Source of the DNA: Phycisphaerae bacterium
Lineage (GTDB): Bacteria > Planctomycetota > Phycisphaerae > WQYP01
Length of the DNA: 64,000 bases
NCBI GenBank assembly: GCA_035548175.1
Contig: DASZTO010000079.1
Span: forward strand, 21,733-85,732
Direction of reading: 5' to 3'
Positions within the stretch are counted from its first letter, which is position 1. Each line of letters starts with the position of its first letter. Made by a program: the position numbers and the translations under genes. This document shows positions 39,195-48,883 of the stretch, in pieces. Under the pieces are notes generated by a model. It ran no database searches. It worked only from the letters and a program-made list of their open reading frames with translations, and was not told where the DNA came from.

Positions 39195-39229
39195 TCCCCC
39201 CTCAGCGTCTCCATGCCCTCCTTACTCCC

Positions 39230-39360
39230 ATCGCGCCAACTCCGTGCGCCGTAGCAAGATTCTGGCATCACAAATTTCGTGTCTTTGGTGCTTTTCGTGG
39301 CCATTTACGTCGTCGTCGTGGCACGGGGGGGCCTCCGTGCCCTCCGTGTTCTCCGTGGTT
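39230..39360 (+). repeat. Dispersed ~130-170 bp intergenic repeat, copy 1
   Basis: atcgcgccaa...caa(a/c)tttcgtg...ttcgtggcca(c)tttacgtcgtcg...ctccgtgccctccgtg, shared with 39777-39924 and 41252-41423. Confidence 0.85.
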
Positions 39361-39391
39361 CCCTACACACGTCCCCCCCCGCACGGCCCGC

Positions 39392-39428
39392 AAAAATACG
39401 CAAGGCCCAGCTCTCGCCAGGCCTCGCG
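39392..39428 (-). terminator. Rho-independent terminator of the small Lys-rich gene
   Basis: Minus strand cgcgaggcctggc-GAGA-gctgggccttgcg: 13-bp stem with G-U pairs and a GNRA loop, followed by tattttt. Confidence 0.75.
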
Positions 39429-39457
39429 ATTCTTTCATGCCGCTCTCGCGGCCACGA

Positions 39458-39526
39458 TCACTTCTTCTTCTTGTCCTTCTTCGGCTTCTTCACTTCGCGC
39501 TTGTCACGATTGTTGCCCTTGCCCAT
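39458..39526 (-). CDS. 22-aa lysine-rich small protein MGKGNNRDKREVKKPKKDKKKK
   Basis: Below the ORF-track cutoff. Strong SD AAAAGGAG 6 nt before the ATG, TGA at 39458-39460, its own terminator, and an AT-rich upstream segment (39630-39690). Confidence 0.75.
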   Translation of the reverse strand: MGKGNNRDKREVKKPKKDKKKK

Positions 39527-39776
39527 AACGAGCTCCTTTTCTCTGCCAGCTCGCCGCGCCATCACACGACAGCACCGGCGGCCGGCTTGCGACGACCTAT
39601 CCTATCCTCCATCGGCTCGCCGCACCCTCCAATTTCACCAAATAAATCATATTACAAAATGCTTGTATCTCCATCCATGTAAAATACCGCCGGCAAACCC
39701 TCCCCTCCCCGCACTACCAACGCGCCCATTCTTCCCGCCATAACAAGATTTTTCAGACCACAACTTTCGTGTCTTT

Positions 39777-39924
39777 CGTACGACGATCGCGCCAATCCTT
39801 CGCGCGGCAACAAAATTCCCGCACCCAACTTTCGTGCCCTTCGTGCCCTTCGTGGCCACTTTACGTCGTCGTGTGGTGGGCGGGATCGTCGTCGTTCCTC
39901 CGTGCCCTCCGTGTGCTCCGTGGT
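39777..39924 (+). repeat. Dispersed intergenic repeat, copy 2 (partial copies at 39720-39779 and 39956-40071)
   Basis: Near-identical blocks to copies 1 and 3. 40009-40071 is a 9-mer ctccgcg(ca/tt) x7. Confidence 0.85.
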
Positions 39925-40079
39925 ATTTTGGTTGCGGCCCTGCCGGCCATTCCCCCTCGTGGCCGCTTGACGTCGTCGTCGTGGGAGTTGTGGTATCCAC
40001 CGCCCTCCCTCCGCGCACTCCGCGTTCTCCGCGCACTGCGCGCACTCCGCGTTCTCCGCGTTCTCCGCGCCATGCTCCC

Positions 40080-41057
40080 TCACGGCAACCGATCCCCCGC
40101 CGCACCGCCCTGCCCCCCGCGACCCTGTCCGCCGCCCTGACCCCCGCCGCCGCGACCGCCACGCCCTCCGCCGCCCCCCGCCCCGAATCCGCCCCCGCCA
40201 CGCCCGCCAAATCCGCCCGCACCGCCCCCGCGACCCCCCCCCGCGCCCATCATCTGCAACACCGGCGGCAACGGCGTCCCACCCATCACCAGCGCCGCCT
40301 GCCCGTCCGTCAATACATCCGTCATGATCTTCTTCGCCAGCTTCCCCTGAACCCCCTCGATCGCCGCCACATCCGTCAAGTCCGCCAAGTCCGCAATCTC
40401 CTTCCCCGCCGCCGCCGTCAGCTCCTTCAACTTCGTCTGCTGATCCCCGCTCAGCCCCATCACCAGCACGCGACCTTCCAACGCACGGTCGATCTTCATC
40501 GTCTCCCAGCTCGCCCGCTGGTCCGCCGTCAGCTCCCCATCCACCGCCGCCTGGTCCTTCGCCACCAGCTTCTCATAATCGCTCACCAACGACCGTATCC
40601 GCTCCCCAACCTGCTCCTGTCCTGCCGCCCCCGCCCCGCCGCCGCCGCCCCCACGCCGACCCCCGCCGCCCCCGAACCCCCCGCGACCCAACTGCCCCTG
40701 CGCGTTCTGGTCAAACTGATTCACATCCGCCACCAACGCATCCACCTTCTCCTTCACCTTCGGCTGCTGGTCCTCCGTCAAATTCAAATTCGCCAGCATC
40801 AACGCATATTCATTCTCAAACGGATTCGCACCGCCCCGCGCCGCAAACCCGCCGCCCCCAAACCCGCCGCCGCCAAATCCTCCACCCCCAAACCGCCCGC
40901 CGCCGCCCCCCCCGCGCCCGCCGCCGCCGCCTCCACCCCCGCCGCCTCCCGCCGCCGCTCCGCCCCCGCCTCCGCCGCCCGCCTGCCCCATCACCGGCGC
41001 AGTCCCCATCACCGCCATCACCAGCCCCGCCACGCACACGCCCATCATCCGTTTCAT
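40080..41057 (-). CDS. Secreted Spy/CpxP-like (LTxxQ) helical protein with long Gly/Arg/Phe-rich low-complexity segments
   Basis: Signal peptide MKRMMGVCVAGLVMAVMGTAPVMGQ. Motifs LNLTEDQQ, LTADQR, LSGDQQ, VLTDGQ. GGGFGG/RGG tracts. GGAGA RBS before the ATG at 41057. Confidence 0.7.
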   Translation of the reverse strand: MKRMMGVCVAGLVMAVMGTAPVMGQAGGGGGGGAAAGGGGGGGGGGGRGGGGGGRFGGGGFGGGGFGGGGFAARGGANPFENEYALMLANLNLTEDQQPKVKEKVDALVADVNQFDQNAQGQLGRGGFGGGGGRRGGGGGGAGAAGQEQVGERIRSLVSDYEKLVAKDQAAVDGELTADQRASWETMKIDRALEGRVLVMGLSGDQQTKLKELTAAAGKEIADLADLTDVAAIEGVQGKLAKKIMTDVLTDGQAALVMGGTPLPPVLQMMGAGGGRGGGAGGFGGRGGGGFGAGGGGGRGGRGGGGQGGGQGRGGQGGAAGDRLP

Positions 41058-41251
41058 CGTCAATCTCCGAATCCAGCCCATGGAACCATTATTCGCGCTT
41101 TCCCCTCCCTCAGCCCAAACGCCGCCCCTCCCACCAAGTTACAGCCCCCACGAACACCCAGACGATGATTCACAGCGGCCATCCCGGCAAGGCAACGGCA
41201 AAAAAATCCCAAAGTAAGACTTCCCAAGGCCCCCCCCCTGTTTCTCGCCAC

Positions 41252-41423
41252 CGTACGACTATCGCGCCAATTCTTCTCGCCGCAACAAAACTCCTGCATC
41301 CAACTTTCGTGCTTTTCGTGCCCTTCGTGGCCACTTTACGTCGTCGCCTGGTGGGCGGGGCAGGGTCACGGGGGATCATCGCCGTTCCTCCGCGCCCTCC
41401 CCGTCCTCCGCGCCCTCCGCGCT
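41252..41423 (+). repeat. Dispersed intergenic repeat, copy 3
   Basis: cgtacgac.atcgcgccaat...caactttcgtg...cccttcgtggccactttacgtcgtcg..tggtgggcggg matches copy 2. Confidence 0.85.
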
Positions 41424-41579
41424 GAAAATCCCAGCGACGCTCGCCCAGGCACAGCGCCTCCTCTTTGGTTCCAGCCCCGCCGCGCCATGGTCCTTCGCCT
41501 CTTCGTGCCTGCGTGTTTCCGCCGGCTCCCTCGAGCGGAAATGTTCCCGCGCCCGCCCGTTTCCCCACGCCTCTCCCCC

Positions 41580-41588
41580 CGCTATACT
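41580..41588 (+). promoter_or_regulatory. Putative sigma70 -10 element (cgcTATACT) 9 nt before the bamD ATG; probably a leaderless or near-leaderless transcript
   Basis: No SD before the ATG at 41598. Similar gcTATAAT elements lie at 43360-43367 (ftsH) and 45715-45722 (antitoxin). Confidence 0.5.
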
Positions 41589-41597
41589 CCCTCCCCT

Positions 41598-42572
41598 ATG
41601 CTCCACCGTTTCTCACGTGCCGCTCGCGCCGCAGCTCTCGCGCTCGCCGCCGCCTTCCTCCCCACCTTCGCCCTCGCCGCGCCCGCCGGCTGGCAACTCC
41701 AGAACGGCTCCTGGGTCCCCATCGTCCAGCCCTCGCCCGATTCCCCCGAAGGCCAGGTCGCACAGATGATCCAAGACCTCGCCGACAACCACACCGGCGA
41801 TCTCATCTACAACGCCAAACAGTGGATCAAAAAAAATAAAACCAACCCCCTCATGCCCCAGGTCCTCCTCCTCCAGGGCGACGCCGAGGTCAAACGCGGA
41901 AACCGCTACAAGGCCCTCTTCTCCTACGAAGCTCTCGTCAACAACTACCCAAACTCCGACCTCTACCTCCCCGTCCTCCAACGCGAATATGGCATCGCTG
42001 ACTCCTTCCTCCTCGGATACAAACGCAAATTCCTCGGCATGCGCATCCTCCCCGAAACCGCCGATGCACTCGAACTCCTCGACCGCATCCAGGACCGACA
42101 ACGCGGCAGCCCCCTCGCTGAACAGGCCGGCATCCGCATCGCCGATTACCACTTCGACCACGGCGAATTCCCCGAGGCCGTCGATTCCTACACCGACTTC
42201 CTCAAACGCTATCCCTATTCCCAGTACGTCCGCAAAGCCGAAATCCGCCGCGCTCAGGCCTCCCTCGCCAACTTCCGCGGCGTCCTCTTCGATTTCACGC
42301 CCCTCTACGACGCCCGCGAACGCCTCGCCGCCATCGCCCAGGCCTACCCCCAGTCCGCCGAGGCCATCCAGATCCCCGCCATCGACGACCGCATCTATCA
42401 GCTCGAAGGCCAGAAAAACCTCGCCATCGCTCGCTACTACTGGCGCGCCGGCGACCACCACGCCGCCGCCGAAACCTACAAACGCGTCATCGCCAACTGG
42501 CCCAATACCCCCTACGCCCAGGCCGCCCGCGCTGAACTCGACCGCCGCCTCCCCACGGAGGCCAACAAATGA
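41598..42572 (+). CDS. bamD: Outer membrane protein assembly factor BamD-like TPR protein
   Basis: TPR helices with YEALVNNYPNS, YTDFLKRYPYS and IARYY...AA..YKRVIANWPNT. Overlaps lptE via ATGA, the usual planctomycete arrangement. Confidence 0.8.
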   Translation: MLHRFSRAARAAALALAAAFLPTFALAAPAGWQLQNGSWVPIVQPSPDSPEGQVAQMIQDLADNHTGDLIYNAKQWIKKNKTNPLMPQVLLLQGDAEVKRGNRYKALFSYEALVNNYPNSDLYLPVLQREYGIADSFLLGYKRKFLGMRILPETADALELLDRIQDRQRGSPLAEQAGIRIADYHFDHGEFPEAVDSYTDFLKRYPYSQYVRKAEIRRAQASLANFRGVLFDFTPLYDARERLAAIAQAYPQSAEAIQIPAIDDRIYQLEGQKNLAIARYYWRAGDHHAAAETYKRVIANWPNTPYAQAARAELDRRLPTEANK

Positions 42573-43249
42573 CTACCCGCTTCACGACCCGCCATTTCTC
42601 ATTTGTCATTTGTCATTTGTCATGTGCGGCTTTCGCGCTCCTCCTCCCCTCCTGCGGCTACTCCCCAACACCCCTCTACAACCGCTCCGTCCACACCATC
42701 GCAGTCCCCATCTTCGCCAACAAAACCTTCCGCCGCGAATGGGAATTCAAACTCACCGAAGCCATCGACAAAAATATCGAATACCGAACCCCCTACAAAA
42801 TCGTCCCCCAGAACCGCGCCGACACCATCCTCTCCGGCGAAATCGTCAACATCCAGGAATCCGTCCTCACACGCCGCTTCGGCACCATCCTCCCCCGCGA
42901 AAGCCAGATCACCGTCGTCGTCAACTTCACCTGGCGCGACGCACGCTCGGGCCGCGTCCTCCTCGAACGCCGCTCCTTCAACCGCAGCGCCACCGAAATC
43001 CCTCAGCTCGACGAACGCGTTGAAGACGCCGAGCAACTCGCCATCGAACGCCTCGCCCAGGGCATCGTCGATCAGCTCCAACGCGATTGGAACACCCCCG
43101 CCACCGCCGCCACCCAGCCCGCCTCAGAACCCGCCCCGCCCCCGCCACCCCAGCCCGCCACCACCTCCTCCGGCATCCCCGCCCCCATCATCCCCCCCGA
43201 AGCCTCCCCCGCCACCTTCCCCTCAACCGCCCCCACCACCGCCCCCTGA
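42569..43249 (+). CDS. lptE: LPS assembly lipoprotein LptE
   Basis: Lipobox LLLPSC, then GY...TIAVPIFANKTFRREWEFKLTEAIDKNIE.RTPYKIV....ADTILSGEI. Confidence 0.8.
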   Translation: MTTRFTTRHFSFVICHLSCAAFALLLPSCGYSPTPLYNRSVHTIAVPIFANKTFRREWEFKLTEAIDKNIEYRTPYKIVPQNRADTILSGEIVNIQESVLTRRFGTILPRESQITVVVNFTWRDARSGRVLLERRSFNRSATEIPQLDERVEDAEQLAIERLAQGIVDQLQRDWNTPATAATQPASEPAPPPPPQPATTSSGIPAPIIPPEASPATFPSTAPTTAP

Positions 43250-43285
43250 TCCCAATCCCCGCCGCCTGCTCCCAAATCACACCCG

Positions 43286-43348
43286 CTTTCGTCTTTCGTC
43301 TCTCGCCTCTCGTCTTTCGTCCTTCGTCTTTCGTCTTTCGTCTTTCGT
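43286..43348 (+). repeat. Heptamer tandem repeat (ctttcgt) x9
   Basis: Read directly between lptE and the ftsH promoter. Confidence 0.9.
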
Positions 43349-43427
43349 CCCCCCCCCCGGCTATAATGTCTTGGTTTGCAACGTCCGATTATCTCTCTAC
43401 CGGCCGCGCCACTACCCCGAGGACCCC

Positions 43428-45599
<2,172 letters not shown>

Positions 45600-45752
45600 T
45601 CCCCCGCGCGCGAACCCAAGCCCACCCCCTCCGCGGGGTGGGTCCACCGTGCGCTCGAATCACCCCGACGCCTCGCCCCGCTACCACGCCTTCCCCTCTC
45701 CCGCCACCCCATCCGCTATAATGGCAAGCCGCCTCAATCAACGGAGCCGCCC

Positions 45753-45947
45753 ATGACCGTCGCCGAACTCGAATCCCGCGTGCTCACCCTTGAGCAACGC
45801 GTCGCCGACCTCCAGGATCAACTGGAAAAATCCCGCATCGCCGCCCGCATCCAAAGAGGCCTCGATCAGGCCGACCGCGGCCAGGTACTCCCCGCCCGTG
45901 AAGCCCTCGACGCCCTCCGCAATAAACACAACATCCCCCTCCAATGA
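45753..45947 (+). CDS. Putative type II antitoxin (ParD/RelB-like partner of ParE)
   Basis: 64 aa with C-terminal IQRGLDQADRGQVLPAREAL typical of ParE-associated antitoxins. GGAG RBS and TATAAT upstream. Confidence 0.6.
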   Translation: MTVAELESRVLTLEQRVADLQDQLEKSRIAARIQRGLDQADRGQVLPAREALDALRNKHNIPLQ

Positions 45948-45985
45948 CCTACACCGTCATCATCCCAAACCAACTTTCCAATTGA
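45944..45985 (+). pseudogene. Truncated RelE/ParE-type toxin remnant (MTYTVIIPNQLSN*)
   Basis: ATGA overlap with the antitoxin stop. MTY.VII is a typical ParE N-terminus. Stops after 13 codons. Confidence 0.5.
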
Positions 45986-46084
45986 CCCCCACCACAAACC
46001 GACGAAAATAAGAAAAACCGCGCCAGCGCTCGGAGATTTTTTCTCCACCGGCACGTGACAATCCATACCATCCGTTTTTCCTGC

Positions 46085-46501
46085 ATGAATTGGCAACTAT
46101 TAATTCCATTACTCATAACGACCGTGGTAGCGGTATTAGGATGGTTTGTAGCACACCGTCTCGCTGCAGCCCGGGATCGCCGGAACAAAAGCCGAGAGCT
46201 GCGAGTTGCCGCGTTAATCGAAGCGTTTCTCTCATTAGAGTTTGCTGCCCATCGCTCCTACAACCAAAATTCCTCCCCTGCTATCGAGAACGCGTTCTCA
46301 AAAATTCAACTCTTCGGAACTAAAGAGCAAGTCACGATGACGGCAGAAATCGTGAATGAATTTGCTCGCACCCAGTCCATGGATTTGACGACGTTACTCA
46401 ATTGCCTCCGCCAGGATCTTCGACGGGAACTCAACCTCGGCCCGGTTGAAACGAAACTTATCCACCTGCGATTCCATGCGTCCGCCATTGAGCACGAATA
46501 A
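46085..46501 (+). CDS. Hypothetical protein with an N-terminal TM helix; compositionally foreign
   Basis: MNWQLLIPLLITTVVAVLGWFVAH... Lower GC, and lacks the C-skew of flanking genes. Confidence 0.7.
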   Translation: MNWQLLIPLLITTVVAVLGWFVAHRLAAARDRRNKSRELRVAALIEAFLSLEFAAHRSYNQNSSPAIENAFSKIQLFGTKEQVTMTAEIVNEFARTQSMDLTTLLNCLRQDLRRELNLGPVETKLIHLRFHASAIEHE

Positions 46502-46572
46502 CTCACAAGCACAGCGTGCTGCCTCGATTTGTCTTCGCATCCTGTCTCTTCACTCAGTCGCCCGCGCGTGTG

Positions 46573-46607
46573 CCAATTACCAATTACCAATTACTATTTA
46601 CTATTTA
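46573..46607 (+). repeat. Heptamer tandem repeat ccaatta x3 / ctattta x2
   Basis: Read directly. Confidence 0.85.
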
Positions 46608-46633
46608 CCATCACCACCCCCCAGGAGCCCTCC

Positions 46634-47344
46634 ATGACCTTCAAACCGAACCCCCAAAACCGAACCCTCCTCCTCCCCCTCCTCCTCCCCCTCCTCCTCG
46701 CCGCTACCACCGCCCCCGCCACAAAGCCCGCCGACCTCTACACCATGCCCGAAAACCAATTCCTCCGCCTCCCCGCCCTCCAATCCCGCATCACCGCCGA
46801 TTCCGTCGATCTCCCCCTCCTCGATGCCGCCATCTTCCACCGCACCAACCAGGAACGCCTCGCCCACAACCTCCCCCCCTTCAAATTCTCAGGCATCCTC
46901 CACGACGTCGCCCAAGGCCACTCCAGGGAAATGGCCGCCCTCCATTACTTCGACCACGTCTCCCCCACTCCCGAAAACGCCACCATGGATCAGCGCTTCA
47001 AAAACAACGGCCTCCAACCCCATCTCGAAGGCGAAAACATCGCCGTCCTCCCCGCCCGCGAAATGGGCTCCGGCGAATATATCGTCACCGGCAACCCGCC
47101 CAACGAAATCTACACCGACAAGCAAACCCACAAAGTCATCAACTATTACGCCTACGCCGAACTCGCCGACGCCTTCCTCACCCAGTGGATGAACTCCCCA
47201 CCCCACCGCGCCGCCATCCTCAACCCGAAATTCCTCTACCTCGCCCCCGCCGCCGCCCGCGGCGACTACCAAAACCAGGACTCCTTCTACGCCACCCAGA
47301 ACTTCGCCTCCGACCTCACCCCCGACCCCGCCCCCCGCCATTAA
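46634..47344 (+). CDS. CAP/SCP domain secreted protein
   Basis: TNQERLAHNL, AQGHSREMA...YFDH, GENIA, WMNSPPHRAAIL. AGGAG RBS. Confidence 0.88.
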   Translation: MTFKPNPQNRTLLLPLLLPLLLAATTAPATKPADLYTMPENQFLRLPALQSRITADSVDLPLLDAAIFHRTNQERLAHNLPPFKFSGILHDVAQGHSREMAALHYFDHVSPTPENATMDQRFKNNGLQPHLEGENIAVLPAREMGSGEYIVTGNPPNEIYTDKQTHKVINYYAYAELADAFLTQWMNSPPHRAAILNPKFLYLAPAAARGDYQNQDSFYATQNFASDLTPDPAPRH

Positions 47345-47470
47345 CCCCCATCGCCCCCTCGCCCGTAGCGCCGTTGCAAGCCCCCTCCCCGCACCCCGAA
47401 ACCACCCACGCCCACCGGCAACGTCACTCTCAGCACTCTCGCCAATCCCACCCTCACAAAGGAGTTCCCC

Positions 47471-48529
47471 ATGCTCCGCCCAACCCCGCTCGCCGCCCTC
47501 CTCACCGCCGCCCTCCTCACCACCGCATCCGCACCCGCCGCACCCGCCGCCGACTCAAACGCCCCCACCCCCGCCCAAATGCTCAAACAAATCCAGGACC
47601 TCAAGCCCCCCGCCCTCGATCCCGCCAAACGCGACGATCAAGCCTATATGGCTGACTTCATGAAGCAGATCGACGCCTACACCCAGAAAAAAGAAGACCT
47701 CTCCAAAGCCTTCTACGACCGCTACCCCGATAACCCCGACGCACTCCACCTCATGATCTCCCGCTGGATCGAAATGGCCCAGGACCGCCGCGGCAAACAA
47801 GTCCTCGCCGAAACCGGCCCCCTCCTCGCCAGGCCCCTCGACCCCGCCCCAAAAGCCGACATCCTCTTCGTCCGCGCCGTCGCCACTGTCCTCGGCGATG
47901 ATCCCGCTGCCGCCGCTGCCGCCGCCGATGCCTTCATCTCCGCCGCCCCCACAGACGACCGCGGCGCCCAGCTCCTCTCCGCCCTCGCACAGCGCGCCTC
48001 CGACCCCGCTAAACAAAAAGCCCTCCTCCAACGCGTCGCCGATGCCTATCCCTCCACCTCCGAAGGCAAAATGGCCAAAGGAAAAATCCACCAGCTCGAC
48101 GCCCTCGGTAAACCCTTCGAACTCTCCTTCACCGACGCCATCACCGGCCAACCCCTCTCCCTCCAGAAAGACCTCAAGGGAAAAGTCGTCGTCATCGACT
48201 TCTGGGCCACCTGGTGCGGACCCTGCGTCGCCGATATGCCCGACAACAAAGCCACCTACGAAAAATTCAAAAACCAGGGCGTCCAGTTCATCGGCATCAG
48301 CCTCGATCAACCCGGCGATGGCCTCCAGAAACTCAAAGACTTCGTCGCCCAAAACCACGTCCCCTGGCCCCAGTACTACCAGGGCAACGGCTGGGACAGC
48401 GACTTCTCCACCTCCTGGGGCATCGACTCCATCCCCACCCTCTTCCTCATCGATAAACAAGGCAACCTCGCCAGCACCGACGCCCGCGGCAAACTCAACG
48501 ACCTCCTCCCCAAACTCCTCGCCCAATAA
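47471..48529 (+). CDS. TlpA/ResA-family thiol-disulfide oxidoreductase with an N-terminal helical domain
   Basis: KGKVVVIDFWATWCGPC, FIGISLD, WGIDSIPTLFLIDKQG. Signal peptide. Confidence 0.9.
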   Translation: MLRPTPLAALLTAALLTTASAPAAPAADSNAPTPAQMLKQIQDLKPPALDPAKRDDQAYMADFMKQIDAYTQKKEDLSKAFYDRYPDNPDALHLMISRWIEMAQDRRGKQVLAETGPLLARPLDPAPKADILFVRAVATVLGDDPAAAAAAADAFISAAPTDDRGAQLLSALAQRASDPAKQKALLQRVADAYPSTSEGKMAKGKIHQLDALGKPFELSFTDAITGQPLSLQKDLKGKVVVIDFWATWCGPCVADMPDNKATYEKFKNQGVQFIGISLDQPGDGLQKLKDFVAQNHVPWPQYYQGNGWDSDFSTSWGIDSIPTLFLIDKQGNLASTDARGKLNDLLPKLLAQ

Positions 48530-48883
48530 CAAACCCCCTGACGCCGTCGCCAGCACAACAACCCCTCTCCACCACCGAACCCCCCTGAATCACCGCCCCA
48601 ATCCCCTCGATCAATGCCTCGCTCCCTGCCGGCCCCTCTCAGCCGCCCCCCTGCCCCGCACCACCGCCCGGCGCGCCGCCCTCTCCCAGCTCCACGCCTT
48701 CCGCGCCCCCTATCGCCGCGTCGCCGCCGGCCCCCCCCGATCTTCCGCCGCCGCGGACGGGCATATCCGCGTCCGCATCGCAACTTGCCGCGCTTCTTTT
48801 CTCGGTCCACAATGGCCTTCGTATCTTTCACCCAGTAATCCCGCGCCTGGAAATATCCTGCACTGACTCCTCACGAGGAAGCG

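Noticed and set aside
39244-39743. Plus-strand ORFs after the giant gene as an immunity protein
   Set aside because: They run through repeat elements and antisense to the microprotein, with no RBS or protein-like composition.
39230-41423. CRISPR array or integron attC interpretation of the repeats
   Set aside because: No constant repeat-spacer period, no cas or integrase gene, and the elements lack inverted-repeat (RYYYAAC/GTTRRRY) structure.
42603-43427. N-terminal extension making FtsH 998 aa
   Set aside because: Overlaps lptE in another frame and runs through a tandem repeat. The RBS and -10 element support a start at 43428.
45621-45642. Hairpin cccacccc-ctccgc-ggggtggg after ftsH as a terminator
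   Set aside because: It has an 8-bp stem but no U-tract, so it is insufficient to call.
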